Shown one piece after another: positions 47,478 to 57,683 of a stretch of DNA of 64,000 nucleotides. Source of the stretch: an uncultured bacterium (GTDB lineage Bacteria > Patescibacteriota > Saccharimonadia > UBA4664 > SCTI01); assembly GCA_963721685.1 (NCBI GenBank), contig CAVRJJ010000005.1:39943-103942 (forward strand). Direction: 5' to 3'. A program made the translations under genes and the position numbers. The notes below the pieces were generated by a model, which ran no database searches, was not told the DNA's origin, and worked only from the letters and a program-made list of their open reading frames with translations. The first letter of the stretch is position 1. Every line of letters begins with the position of its first letter.

Positions 47478-48232
47478 AACCGCTCCCGGTTGCCCCGGGC
47501 ACCATAAACGGCAGAATCGGCATAAGCTTGAATGATAAACTGGTCAGCCAAGGAAATTTCCAGTTTGGCTAAAATCTGACCTCGAATCTTTTCATCTTTA
47601 ATCACCCCTTTATAGCGGTCGGCGATTGGCTTGTCGGCTTCAAATTGCGGTTTCGCCATGGCAATAATCTGGCCGCCCGGCTTAAGGAGGTTTGCCACTT
47701 TGGGCAAGATTTTAGTGAGTGAAATAAAAGAAACGTCAATTACCGCCATATCCGGTTTCGGATCAAGATCGGCGCTGCTGATACTCCGAATATCTGTCTT
47801 TTCCCTTACAGCCACGCGCAAATCCTGGCGAAGTTTATAAGCCAGTTGGGCGGTACCCACATCAACCGCGTAAACTTTCACGGCTCCGTTTTGCAACGCG
47901 TAGTCGGTGAAGCCACCGGTGGAAGCACCCACATCTAAAACAACCTTATTTTTAAAACTAAGTGCAAGCGCGTCGGCTACCGAAGCAAGCTTGTCCCCGC
48001 CCCGGGAGACAAAACGCGGGCGAGCCATTACCTTAATATCGGCGTCGGTTTCAATAAGGAAGCCAGGCTTAACCAGCTTGGTGGTGCCAAGCATAACCTC
48101 ACCTGCCATAATCATTGCCTGGGCCGTAGTTCGCGTCGGCGCTAGTTTCCGATCAACAAGCAACAGGTCCAGGCGCTGTTTACTACGAAGGCTATTTTTG
48201 GCGCTCAAGATATTTGCCATCGCGGGTATCAA
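47429..48232 (-). CDS. tlyA: TlyA-family rRNA 2'-O-methyltransferase (S4 plus FtsJ-like domains)
   Basis: LDVGASTGGFTDYALQNGA SAM-binding motif; N-terminal S4-like region. Confidence 0.8.
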   Translation of the reverse strand: MIPAMANILSAKNSLRSKQRLDLLLVDRKLAPTRTTAQAMIMAGEVMLGTTKLVKPGFLIETDADIKVMARPRFVSRGGDKLASVADALALSFKNKVVLDVGASTGGFTDYALQNGAVKVYAVDVGTAQLAYKLRQDLRVAVREKTDIRSISSADLDPKPDMAVIDVSFISLTKILPKVANLLKPGGQIIAMAKPQFEADKPIADRYKGVIKDEKIRGQILAKLEISLADQFIIQAYADSAVYGARGNRERFYVLTLNSTTSSGFIT

Positions 48233-48782
48233 CTTTTATGACATCCCCTTCGTTCACAAACAACGGCACCATAACCTCCAGGCCGGTTTCCAGGGTGGCT
48301 GGCTTTAAAGCGGTGGTGGCGGTATCGCCCTTCACCCCCGGCTCGGTAGCGGTAACTTGCAAGAAAACATTATTGCCAATATCTACGCCAATCGGCCGGT
48401 CGCCAAAGAACATGACAATCGCGGTACCTCCCTCTTTTAAGTACGAGGCACCATCGCCCAGAAGAGCGCGGTCAATCTGTTCCTGCTCGTAAGTTTCCTG
48501 GTTCATAAAATGTAAACTATCGGCATCCGCGTATAAAAACTGCATGGTGCGCTTGATAATATCGGCGGCCGGTAACTTATCTGCCGAACGGAAGGATTTA
48601 TCAAAACTGGCACCGGTAATTAAATTTTTTAGCTTGGTGCGCATAACGGCACCACCCCGGCCAAGCGCCAAATGGGACGAATCAATAACCTGGTGCGGCA
48701 CCCCATCAAGCTCAATAAGTACCCCTTTGCGTAATTCGGTATGTCCGTAAAGCATAGCCTGGCCTACCTTATCGGACAACAA
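48192..48782 (-). CDS. efp: Elongation factor P
   Basis: 196 aa; [35 protein letters not shown]. Confidence 0.9.
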   Translation of the reverse strand: MLSDKVGQAMLYGHTELRKGVLIELDGVPHQVIDSSHLALGRGGAVMRTKLKNLITGASFDKSFRSADKLPAADIIKRTMQFLYADADSLHFMNQETYEQEQIDRALLGDGASYLKEGGTAIVMFFGDRPIGVDIGNNVFLQVTATEPGVKGDTATTALKPATLETGLEVMVPLFVNEGDVIKVDTRDGKYLERQK

Positions 48783-48987
48783 ACGGCAAAAAAGCCAGAT
48801 GGCGGGCGCGCTTTAAAGCGATTGCTACACGCCGCTGGTGCTTTAGGCAGGTCCCGGTGCGCTTACGAGATTCGATCTTACCGTAGCTATTAATGTAACG
48901 CTGCAGTAATTTAACATCTTTATAGTCTACGTCGTCGAGCTTCTCAGCGCAGAAACGACAGACCTTTTTACTGTAAAAATTGGCCAT
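48769..48987 (-). CDS. rpsR: 30S ribosomal protein S18
   Basis: 72 aa; CRFCAEK...[12 protein letters not shown]. Confidence 0.9.
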   Translation of the reverse strand: MANFYSKKVCRFCAEKLDDVDYKDVKLLQRYINSYGKIESRKRTGTCLKHQRRVAIALKRARHLAFLPFVVR

Positions 48988-49001
48988 GGGGGTTCCTTAG
49001 T

Positions 49002-49469
49002 TTAAAACGGTATTTCATCTAAATTAACAGGGGCGTCGTCTTTTAAGTCTTCTATAACAACGTCTTTTTTCTTCGAATCAGGCTTGGTAGTTGATTCGCT
49101 AGAAACATCGGATGTACTGTCCCCACCGCCGGCTTCACCGGGACGGTCGAGGAAGTTAATATCGCTGGCAACAATTTCGGTGCGTTGCCGTTTAACGCCG
49201 TCTTTTTCCCAGCTTTGGGTCTGTAGCCGCCCAACCACCATTACTTTGCGCCCCTTAGCCAAATACTGGCTGGCAAGCTCACCAAGCTTACCCCAAGCCA
49301 CAATTTCGTGATATTCTACCGCCTCTTTGCGCTCACCCGAGCCATCAACCCAACTTCGGTTGGTAGCCACTGCAAAAGAGGCGACCGGCTGGCCACCGGG
49401 AGTGGTCCGCAGCTCCGGGTCACGGGTAAGGTTGCCCATTACGATTGCTTGATTAAAACTTTTTGCCAT
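49002..49469 (-). CDS. ssb: Single-stranded DNA-binding protein
   Basis: OB-fold N-terminus, Gly-rich linker, acidic tail ending DEIPF. Confidence 0.9.
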   Translation of the reverse strand: MAKSFNQAIVMGNLTRDPELRTTPGGQPVASFAVATNRSWVDGSGERKEAVEYHEIVAWGKLGELASQYLAKGRKVMVVGRLQTQSWEKDGVKRQRTEIVASDINFLDRPGEAGGGDSTSDVSSESTTKPDSKKKDVVIEDLKDDAPVNLDEIPF

Positions 49470-49472
49470 TTC

Positions 49473-49838
49473 CTACTCCTTACTCGCGGCAACTGCCGGT
49501 TTAACTTCTTCGGTAGAGCGGGGTTTCTTAGGCTGATTCTCCGGATTACGCTGGAGCACCAGTTTGCGCACCACTAAGAAACGAATAACTTCTTCTACAA
49601 TTAACAGCTGCGTCTCCACTTCGCGCACCGCCTCAGCGGGCAACTCCAGCTCGAAGTAAATGTAAATGCCGTACAGCTGCTTTTTAACCGGATAGGCCAA
49701 TCGGCGTTTACCCCAGTTATCGCGCTTAGTAATTTTGCCGTTCACGCCACTAACCAACCGCTCCAGTTTGGCTATGGGCGCGTCAACGTCAATTTCGAGG
49801 TCGGGGTGTAAAACCACCACCAGCTCGTAAGGTCTCAT
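49473..49838 (-). CDS. rpsF: 30S ribosomal protein S6
   Basis: MRPYELVVVLHPDLE... Confidence 0.9.
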   Translation of the reverse strand: MRPYELVVVLHPDLEIDVDAPIAKLERLVSGVNGKITKRDNWGKRRLAYPVKKQLYGIYIYFELELPAEAVREVETQLLIVEEVIRFLVVRKLVLQRNPENQPKKPRSTEEVKPAVAASKE

Positions 49839-49990
49839 AATGCTCCTTCCTCTGGTATCCGAGTATCGGATGCCGTTCAGCCTGTACTAAAGAAATACAT
49901 AAGCCAAAGGGCAAAAAGGTTACTTAATTTGACACTTATAATACTACAGAATACTTATTAAATCAAGATTAAATAAGATACAATTGGTTT

Positions 49991-50530
49991 ATGTATATAT
50001 TGGCTAACCAGATTACAGACTTGCCGGTGATGAGCTTGCAAACCGGACAGCCCATTGCCGTAATTGAACGGCCCGTAATTAACGCGGCGAACCTGGAAGT
50101 TAAAGCCCTTTTGTGCAAAATGAAGCGGCGTAAGCAAGGAGTAATATTAATGCGCGATGTTCGCCAGTTTGCTAACGACTGCATTATTGTTGATTCCTTT
50201 GACGAAATTGAAGAGGCTGAGGAAATTGTCAGGCTGCAGGAGGTTATGAAACGCAACTTCAACCCCATCGACAAACTAGTGGTCAGCGAGTCGAACCACC
50301 GGCTTGGAAGGGTTGAAGACTACACCATTAATCTCAAAACATTTATGGTTCAAAAATTGTATGTTCACCAGTCGCTTGTAAAAAGTATCTTATTTAACAA
50401 TTTAGTAATCGACCGCACCCAGATCATCGACGTCACCGATAGGCAGTTTACCGTTAAGGACGCCGGCATAAAAGAGCCAATCTTAACACCGCAACCAGCC
50501 ACTCCCCCACCAAAATACCCAATTAATTAG
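49991..50530 (+). CDS. Hypothetical protein, possibly tandem PRC-barrel-like domains
   Basis: 179 aa; only plus-strand gene in this block; weak resemblance only. Confidence 0.35.
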   Translation: MYILANQITDLPVMSLQTGQPIAVIERPVINAANLEVKALLCKMKRRKQGVILMRDVRQFANDCIIVDSFDEIEEAEEIVRLQEVMKRNFNPIDKLVVSESNHRLGRVEDYTINLKTFMVQKLYVHQSLVKSILFNNLVIDRTQIIDVTDRQFTVKDAGIKEPILTPQPATPPPKYPIN

Positions 50531-50661
50531 CATTGCCGTTTTAAAACGCTTGCGCTACAGTAGGAAGGGTAAGTTGAGGGAAGTGTGATCATTACTATCA
50601 TTTTGTGGGTTCTGGCATTTGGCCTTGCATACCGGGTATTAGCAGCCGCTAAATAGTTATC

Positions 50662-51267
50662 TTACTCATCAAATTTAATTGCTCTGCGGATTGCATCCGC
50701 GGAATATCCTTTAGCAGATAAATAGTGCTGCAGCTTACGTTCATTAGAATATCGGTGGCGTAATTTTTTTTGGGTGATCAAGTCGGTAATGGCTTCAACT
50801 TCATATTCAGCTGTGTAAGCTGCTAGCGCCTCTTCAATTGCCTCTGAGTTAATTCCTTTCCGGCGAAGCTCAATTTTCAATTCCATGCGGCTCCTTGGAT
50901 TAAGCAGCTGGCGCTCGGAGATCCATTCCTCTGCAAACCGGACATCATCCAGCAAATTTTGAGCTTTTAGTTGCCCAATAGCCTCATCAACCATCGTCGG
51001 ATCGTAGTTCTTGCCCCGCAAATGGATGGCAACTTCCCGCTGGCTCCGTGACCGGTACGAGAGAAATCGATATGCTTTATCCAGCGCCTTGCCTAGCTCA
51101 GACTGCCGGATAAATTCGTCCATTTGTTCCTGGCCTACCTCGTCACCCGAACGCAGGCCCGAGTCGCTAAGCTGGCCCTCCGACAAAGAAAACCGGTATT
51201 CTCCATCTACAGAGATGGAGTACCGGTCTTTGCGGGTTTGCTGTTGAGATATACTGGTAATTTTCAC
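50662..51267 (-). CDS. recX: Recombination regulator RecX
   Basis: 201 aa helical-repeat protein immediately downstream of recA. Confidence 0.75.
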   Translation of the reverse strand: MKITSISQQQTRKDRYSISVDGEYRFSLSEGQLSDSGLRSGDEVGQEQMDEFIRQSELGKALDKAYRFLSYRSRSQREVAIHLRGKNYDPTMVDEAIGQLKAQNLLDDVRFAEEWISERQLLNPRSRMELKIELRRKGINSEAIEEALAAYTAEYEVEAITDLITQKKLRHRYSNERKLQHYLSAKGYSADAIRRAIKFDE

Positions 51268-51280
51268 TTACGGCAAGGCC

Positions 51281-52327
51281 TTAAGCCGCGGCAATACGAA
51301 TTGCCGCCTCAAGCTCTTTTATTACCTTGTCGTGCTCATCAAGATAGGCTTTGGCGGCTTCGCGTCCCTGACCCATTTTTTCTCCTTTATATTCATACCA
51401 GGCGCCGCTCTTTTTCACCAAATCAAATTTGACCGCCAATTCCAGCATGTCGCCCGATGCGGAAATGCCTTGGTTATACATAATGTCGAACTCAGCGGTG
51501 CGGAATGGTGGAGCTACTTTATTTTTCACAACTTTCACACGAACCTTGTTGCCCATTACCCGGTCGCCTTCCTTAATTTGTTCAGACCGGCGGATATCCA
51601 GACGCACCGAGGAGTAATACTTCAAAGCTTGGCCGCCGGCGGTGGTTTCAGGATTGCCAAACATCACGCCAATCTTCATACGAAGCTGGTTAATGAATAT
51701 AACGGTGGTATTGGATTTGCTGATAACACCGGTTAGCTTGCGGAGGGCTTGGCTCATTAGCCGCGCCTGCATGCCCATTTGGGCATCTCCCATGCTGCCT
51801 TCAATTTCGGCTCGTGGCACCAAAGCGGCGACTGAGTCAACAATTACAATATCTACCGCGCTGGAACGCACCAGGGTTTCGGTAATTTCCAGGGCCTGCT
51901 CACCGGTATCCGGCTGAGAAACCAGTAAATCATTAATCTTTACGCCAATCTTAGCGGCGTATTCAGGGTCGAGCGCGTGTTCCGCGTCGATGTAGGCGGC
52001 TAAGCCGCCGCTTTTCTGGACTTGGGCCACGGCGTGGAGAGCGAGAGTAGTTTTACCGCTTGATTCCGGCCCATAGATCTCAATGACCCGTCCTTGGGGG
52101 TAGCCCCCGCCTAGAGCGAGGTCAAGCGACATACTGCCGCTGGGAATAGTCTTAATATCAACCTTATGAGAGTCCCCCAGCTTCATAATTGAACCGCTAC
52201 CAAACTGCTTTTCAATTTGGCTAACCGCTAAGTCAACGGCCTTTACTCGCGCGCTTTTTTCATCTTTATTCACGTCTTGGTCCGCCCCCTGTTTTTTGGT
52301 TGCTTTGGTGATAACTGCTTCGGTCAT
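51281..52327 (-). CDS. recA: Recombinase RecA
   Basis: Walker [10 protein letters not shown]; 348 aa. Confidence 0.95.
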   Translation of the reverse strand: MTEAVITKATKKQGADQDVNKDEKSARVKAVDLAVSQIEKQFGSGSIMKLGDSHKVDIKTIPSGSMSLDLALGGGYPQGRVIEIYGPESSGKTTLALHAVAQVQKSGGLAAYIDAEHALDPEYAAKIGVKINDLLVSQPDTGEQALEITETLVRSSAVDIVIVDSVAALVPRAEIEGSMGDAQMGMQARLMSQALRKLTGVISKSNTTVIFINQLRMKIGVMFGNPETTAGGQALKYYSSVRLDIRRSEQIKEGDRVMGNKVRVKVVKNKVAPPFRTAEFDIMYNQGISASGDMLELAVKFDLVKKSGAWYEYKGEKMGQGREAAKAYLDEHDKVIKELEAAIRIAAA

Positions 52328-52486
52328 TGTATCATGTCCCTCGGTTTAGCTTGTGTTGTGAGAGCTACTATAGCGATAAGTTATGAACTAATTCTTAACT
52401 GGCTTTTGGTAGCTTCCTTATATGGTGTTTTAAGCATAACCGAACAAAAAGCGAACGTCAAGTAAAAAGTCTTTATCTTCTAATAA

Positions 52487-52956
52487 CTACATACTACTTT
52501 GCTCCCCAATGCTCTGTTCAACCTCTCTGATCCACTCGGTAAGATCAACCATATTTTTTTCTATCACTTCAGCCATCGCGCTTATAACAATGTCTTTATC
52601 TTCAGGCGGACTTGTTGCAACGGTTATAGCCACCTTAAATAAATTTTCTGGAAATGTTTTTATCGCCAAATTGTTCTTAGCCATGTAGTACAGTAAAGCG
52701 GAAATAGCTATCCGCTTGTTGCCGTTTTCAAAAGGGTGGCTTTTGTCATGAAATAGAAAAGCGCAGATGCCTTCTCGGGTAAGGAAGGGTAGGATTCATG
52801 CCCTTCGAAACCTTGGAATGGAGCCGAAATTGCACTTGCTAATCGACCCGCATACCTAGAATCGAATGGCGGAATTGGCTCGTCTATTGAACTCATTAGC
52901 TCCCGGGCGACAGAATGGACCGCATCGCGGATTTCATCAACCGTAAGCGGTGGCAC
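52487..52956 (-). pseudogene. Fic/Doc-family toxin (death-on-curing-like), split by a 1-nt frameshift at a T4/A4 run near 52741-52744
   Basis: Shifted frame reads ...FLFHDKSHPFENGNKRIAISALLYYMAKNN... (Fic motif HPFxxGNKR); N-terminal ORF 52708..52956 and C-terminal ORF 52487..52684 are in different frames. Confidence 0.6.
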
Positions 52957-52958
52957 GT

Positions 52959-53183
52959 TTATTCCCTGCCGAGAGCAGCAAGCGTTTCGCCGTATTCATG
53001 CACTACGGCTTTAGCCCATCTATCTTTATCAACCTCCACAGGTTGGATTTTAAGTTGGCTTTTTGGCGTAGCAGGGCGACCCAGCAGGGATTCAAAATCT
53101 TGTCGTGCATCCTTGCGATCACCATTAGTTATATGTTTTTTAAATTTATCCATTAAAGGTTCATCTCCTTTAGACGTAGGCAT
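52959..53183 (-). CDS. Small ORF upstream of the Fic/Doc gene; candidate antitoxin
   Basis: 74 aa, ends 3 nt before the toxin start; no recognisable family. Confidence 0.3.
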   Translation of the reverse strand: MPTSKGDEPLMDKFKKHITNGDRKDARQDFESLLGRPATPKSQLKIQPVEVDKDRWAKAVVHEYGETLAALGRE

Positions 53184-53294
53184 TTTGTATACATTCTATA
53201 TGCATATTGTAACATCATGACATGTCATGATGACATATCGCGGTGCTATATTTTTATTGCTGCCTGTCTTGACATTACAATCGCCAGTAAAAAG

Positions 53295-53792
53295 TTAGCG
53301 AAAGTTGCGGAAATCTAGGGGAAACTCTAAATCCTGAGCTTTCAAATGAGCCATGATGCCCTGTAAGTCATCCTTTGAGGTACTCGAAACCCGGACTTCT
53401 TCCCCTTGTATCTGGGCTTTGGCCTTGGGAAAAGCTTCTCTTATAAGCTTGGTTAGCTTTTTAGCCTTCTCCTGGTCCAGCCCTTTCTTAAAGGGGACAT
53501 TACGGCGCATAATCATCCCGGACTCAACCGGTTCGCCGGTTAGATCAAGCACCTTGGCGGAAATGCCGCGCTTAATTAACTTCCCCTGCAACATATCAAT
53601 AATTGCGTCGATTTGGTTACGGCTGTCCCCTTCCAACTGCACGCCGGTCTTGCCATCAGTAAACTCCAGCTTGGCGGCGGTTCCCTTAAAGTCATAGCGC
53701 TGGGAAAGCTCGCGCTGGGCCTGGTCGACGGCGTTGGTCATTTCGCCAGGATCAAAATCGCTGACAACATCAAATGAAAAGTCTTTAGCCAT
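53295..53792 (-). CDS. yajQ: YajQ-family (UPF0234) nucleotide/c-di-GMP-binding protein
   Basis: MAKDFSFDVVSDFD... 165 aa, characteristic YajQ N-terminus. Confidence 0.8.
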   Translation of the reverse strand: MAKDFSFDVVSDFDPGEMTNAVDQAQRELSQRYDFKGTAAKLEFTDGKTGVQLEGDSRNQIDAIIDMLQGKLIKRGISAKVLDLTGEPVESGMIMRRNVPFKKGLDQEKAKKLTKLIREAFPKAKAQIQGEEVRVSSTSKDDLQGIMAHLKAQDLEFPLDFRNFR

Positions 53793-53917
53793 GAAGCTAG
53801 TATAACAAAATGCACTTTCATAATTGCTGTGCTTTCAGGGGAACGGGCTGGTTAGCCCGTTCCCCTAACCGCGAACGTCTTGTCTGTCACGTGGACACCG
53901 AACCCCGTGTTACCCGC

Positions 53918-54217
53918 TTACTTGGAGCAGGGAAAGAGGTTGACCAGGGGCCAGGTTTCCGGTGAACCAAACTGATCAGACACTTCCGGCATATCGGAGG
54001 AAAACGGATCAAGCTCGCGCCGCTCATCCCCCCTACGAAAAACGATCATCCAGCAGTTCTGTCCTTCGATGGAGAACACCAGCGAAGCGGTCCAGCCGTT
54101 CGCTAGATCCACCCCCTCGCTCTCCCAGTCCTCGAGTGGCTGTCCCTCGGGGCACCCGGGATCTGATTGCCAGAGATGCTCCAGCGTGATGAAGCCTGTC
54201 CGTGTTGCGCACATCAT
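53918..54217 (-). CDS. Hypothetical protein in G+C-rich segment
   Basis: 99 aa ORF; composition differs from flanks. Confidence 0.3.
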   Translation of the reverse strand: MMCATRTGFITLEHLWQSDPGCPEGQPLEDWESEGVDLANGWTASLVFSIEGQNCWMIVFRRGDERRELDPFSSDMPEVSDQFGSPETWPLVNLFPCSK

Positions 54218-54283
54218 TTTTTCGTCTCCTTGCGATGCTCGTGAAGGGAACGTTCGTGGTGCTCGAAGCGAGTAGTTGAAACA

Positions 54284-54310
54284 AAAAACCCGCCCCGAGG
54301 GCAGGTTTTA
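54284..54310 (-). terminator. Rho-independent terminator downstream of the ftsK / rodZ-like operon
   Basis: aaaaaacccgccccgagggcaggtttta: GC stem with one mismatch, A-run and T-run on either side. Confidence 0.5.
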
Positions 54311-54460
54311 GAATTTGGTGCGCTAAAAACTATCCTCGAGAAAGGTTTGGAGGGTAAAAGAAGCGCCAGTTAACAAGTTGAATTGATTGCATTATAAAAA
54401 GCAGTTTAGCTCAACAGGTGTTTAATGGTCAAGCTTCACGGCGTGACATGCGAGCTTATA

Positions 54461-55435
54461 TTATTGAAACTGAGTGTCTTTATCGAACTGAAACCCTTGT
54501 TTGGCCTGACCTTTTTCCCCCACGACTCCCAGGTCTGTTCCGGCCGCAACAGCGTTGGTAACGCTTAAACTAGTAGCACCCGCGTCGCTGGTAGAGATAA
54601 TAATGGTATTTGCCCCCTTAAAAGTCTGAATGGTACTGGGCAACATAATACCGCTGAAGGCTTTCTTCCCATCAACCTCCACCGTTACCGTTGTAGCGGT
54701 GTTTTGAATATGTACCCTTACCGCCACGCCGTCAAAAGGCGCGGCGGGCAAGCTACTCGCCGCGTCGGTTTTGGGGACATGGGCTAGAATATTACGGGTA
54801 ATAGTTGATGTTTTACCCAGCCGGTTTTTGGCACTCACTTTGATGATATTTACACCATCCTGAAGCGCAATTACATTGGTGAAGTCGCCCTCCCCATCAA
54901 CCAAAATAGGTGAATCATTCACATACGCGTCCGCTCCCCCGGCAATGTTGCCCGCCACCGTCAGAAGACTGCCATTTACCACCTCGTCCTTGGCGGGACT
55001 GGTAACCACCAAGCGGGGCGGGGCGGTTAAAGCGCTTAATTGATAGGCTAAATAAGCCGCGGCCGACAATCCGATAACTGCGCTGACAAGCACCACCGCC
55101 AGACGGGGCGTAAGGACAAAGCGCGGCAGCTTGAAACCGCGGGGCACTTTGGCGGTAGGTTGCTGCTTACCCCTTTCAGCGCCATACTGGCGAATAATTT
55201 TTTCAGTATCGAGCCCTAAATAACGCGCGTACGCTTGAATAAAGCCGCGGGTATATACATTGTCCGGCAAGTTGCCGTAGTCGTTCGACTCGATTGCCAG
55301 TAAATATTTACCTCGGATCCGGGTAGCTTGCTCGGCATCTTTTAAGCTAAATTCCCGCTTAAGCCGCTGATTCTTTAGCAGTTGGCCGACACTTGAGGTA
55401 TTGTCTTTAGCCGATGGCTTAGGCCCTGAACTCAT
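54461..55435 (-). CDS. RodZ-like cytoskeleton protein (HTH domain, TM, C-terminal domain)
   Basis: N-terminal XRE-type HTH (LKDAEQATRIRGKYLLAIE), central TM. Confidence 0.55.
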   Translation of the reverse strand: MSSGPKPSAKDNTSSVGQLLKNQRLKREFSLKDAEQATRIRGKYLLAIESNDYGNLPDNVYTRGFIQAYARYLGLDTEKIIRQYGAERGKQQPTAKVPRGFKLPRFVLTPRLAVVLVSAVIGLSAAAYLAYQLSALTAPPRLVVTSPAKDEVVNGSLLTVAGNIAGGADAYVNDSPILVDGEGDFTNVIALQDGVNIIKVSAKNRLGKTSTITRNILAHVPKTDAASSLPAAPFDGVAVRVHIQNTATTVTVEVDGKKAFSGIMLPSTIQTFKGANTIIISTSDAGATSLSVTNAVAAGTDLGVVGEKGQAKQGFQFDKDTQFQ

Positions 55436-57545
55436 CGGAGCTCATTTCTTCACCGCCTGAATCATCTAAACTCGTAACCAATACCTGGCGGGGGCGAGCG
55501 CCATCGGCCGGACCAACCACGCCCCGCTCTTCAAGCAAATCGAGCAGGCGGGCGGCACGGGCATAGCCGACACGCAGGCGCCGCTGGAGCAAGGAAGCGG
55601 AAGCCTTACCGGAACGAATTACCGTTTCCGCGGCTTCGGTAAAAAGGTCGTCGTCGGCATCACCATAGTCGCCGCCTCCTCCACCACCGCCAACATTCAC
55701 CGGTTGAGCCAGAACCTCGTCGTTGTATTGCGGCTCCCGGGCACCGCGCAAATAATCGGTAACTTTCTTGGTTTCTACCTCTTCGGTAAACACACCCTGG
55801 ATACGCCTGGGCTTAGGCGTATCGGCACTGGCAAACATGAGATCACCACTTCCCAGCAACTTTTCTGCGCCGCCCATGTCCAGAATTGTTCTTGAGTCGA
55901 CGTTCGACGCCACCCTAAAGGCAATACGGGCCGGAATATTGGCCTTAATTAAACCGGTAATAACATTCACACTGGGCCGTTGGGTGGCCAATACCAAATG
56001 GATCCCGGCCGCGCGAGCCAGCTGGGCCAGCCGCACGATTAAAGCTTCCACGTCTGCAGCGGCTACCATCATAAGGTCAGCCATCTCATCGATGACAATA
56101 ACGATATAAGGCATGCTTTCTTCACCATGAGCGGCGTTGTATTCCAAAATATTACGCTTGCCAACCTCGGCGAAGCGCTTCAAGCGCCGCTCCATCTCGG
56201 CCACTGCCCACTTTAAGGCAGAAAGGGTTTTTTCGGCTTCCACAATGACCGGCGTTAAAAGATGCGGAATTTCATGGTAAAGGTTTAGTTCCACCCGCTT
56301 GGGATCAACCAATATCAACTTCAGTTGAGCCGGAGAGTTGCGGTACAGCAAAGACGAAAGCAAGCTATTGATCATAACTGACTTACCAGCGCCGGTAGCA
56401 CCAGCGATTAAAAGATGCGGCATGACTGCCAGGTCGGCCAAGGCCGGCTGGCCGGCCACGTCTTGGCCCAGCAAAAAGGTTAGGGGCGCTTTTGAGTTTT
56501 CAAACTCCGGTGTTTGCATGAGCTGGCGCAGCCGGACCTGGGCAATCTTTAGGTTGGGCAGCTCCACACCCACCGCGCTCTTGCCGGGAATGGGCGCTTC
56601 TACCCGGATCGCCGGCGCCGCCAAAGCCAAGGCCAGGTTGTGCTCTAAGCCGGTAATTTTAGTAAGCTTCACCCCGCTAGCCGGTTTTAAGGTGTATTGC
56701 GTAACGGTGGGGCCAACATTCACCTCACCCATTGCGACTTCAATACCAAAGCTGGAAAGAGTATTCTGGATAATTCCGGCATTTTCTTTAACGTTGCCGG
56801 CATCGGGTTTGGTGGTCGACTTGCTTAATAAATCAAGGGAGGGTGGAACCCAGTCGGGATCCTCAACACTGGTAAGGGCGGCCTCCGGCTCTTTCGGCGG
56901 CTTGTTGTCTCTGCGGCTTCCCACATTAAGCGCACCCTTAATTTCCAACTGATTTCCAATTGCCGCGGCCGGATCATTAATAGTAAGTTCTTCTTTGGGT
57001 TTGGGACGGCGGAACCGTCCGACCAAAGCGGCAATCAAATCACTTAGGCGGGCATTGGCGGCTACAATAATGAAAACTACCAGCAGGGCCGCTAATATAA
57101 CCGATGACGCTGTGACATTGAGGATTGCTAGGAACAGCTTGGCAATTCCCAGACCAACCAGGCCGCCCCCCACTCCCTCTTGAGCCAGTTCTGATGCTAC
57201 CAGCGGATCAATAGTAATGTGCATAAGACTGGCAACGGTAACGAGAAAGCCGGTAAACCCAATGTAATTATGGGCTTGAACCTCATACTTAGAAGGCTGA
57301 AAAATCATAAAGGCAAGCAGCAGAAAAAGCATTGGAATGAGATAGGCGCCAAAACCAAACAAGTAACGCAGCCCTTCGAACAGTGCCACCGCTAGCGAGC
57401 CGCCAAAATCAAACATCGCAAATACCAGGATAAAAGCCAATGCCACCAATAGCACAGCTATAATTTCGCGCGCCACCCCTTCGCTTAAATTCGGGCGGAA
57501 GCTGAGGAAAGGGACACGTCTTTTTTTGGATTTGCGGCGAGCCAT
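55419..57545 (-). CDS. ftsK: DNA translocase FtsK/SpoIIIE
   Basis: N-terminal TM segments, Walker A GATGAGKS, C-terminal gamma (winged-helix) domain. Confidence 0.9.
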   Translation of the reverse strand: MARRKSKKRRVPFLSFRPNLSEGVAREIIAVLLVALAFILVFAMFDFGGSLAVALFEGLRYLFGFGAYLIPMLFLLLAFMIFQPSKYEVQAHNYIGFTGFLVTVASLMHITIDPLVASELAQEGVGGGLVGLGIAKLFLAILNVTASSVILAALLVVFIIVAANARLSDLIAALVGRFRRPKPKEELTINDPAAAIGNQLEIKGALNVGSRRDNKPPKEPEAALTSVEDPDWVPPSLDLLSKSTTKPDAGNVKENAGIIQNTLSSFGIEVAMGEVNVGPTVTQYTLKPASGVKLTKITGLEHNLALALAAPAIRVEAPIPGKSAVGVELPNLKIAQVRLRQLMQTPEFENSKAPLTFLLGQDVAGQPALADLAVMPHLLIAGATGAGKSVMINSLLSSLLYRNSPAQLKLILVDPKRVELNLYHEIPHLLTPVIVEAEKTLSALKWAVAEMERRLKRFAEVGKRNILEYNAAHGEESMPYIVIVIDEMADLMMVAAADVEALIVRLAQLARAAGIHLVLATQRPSVNVITGLIKANIPARIAFRVASNVDSRTILDMGGAEKLLGSGDLMFASADTPKPRRIQGVFTEEVETKKVTDYLRGAREPQYNDEVLAQPVNVGGGGGGGDYGDADDDLFTEAAETVIRSGKASASLLQRRLRVGYARAARLLDLLEERGVVGPADGARPRQVLVTSLDDSGGEEMSSDEFRA

Positions 57546-57683
57546 ATTGGCTTTATTATACCGCTTTTGCTACCTGAGGGCTAGATGGGCGATTGCAGGC
57601 TTACCGGGTAGAACTTTTCTGAGCATGGTCACCATGGCTTACGCCGGGTGACGACATGCCATAAAAGTTCTACCACGGCGTGC

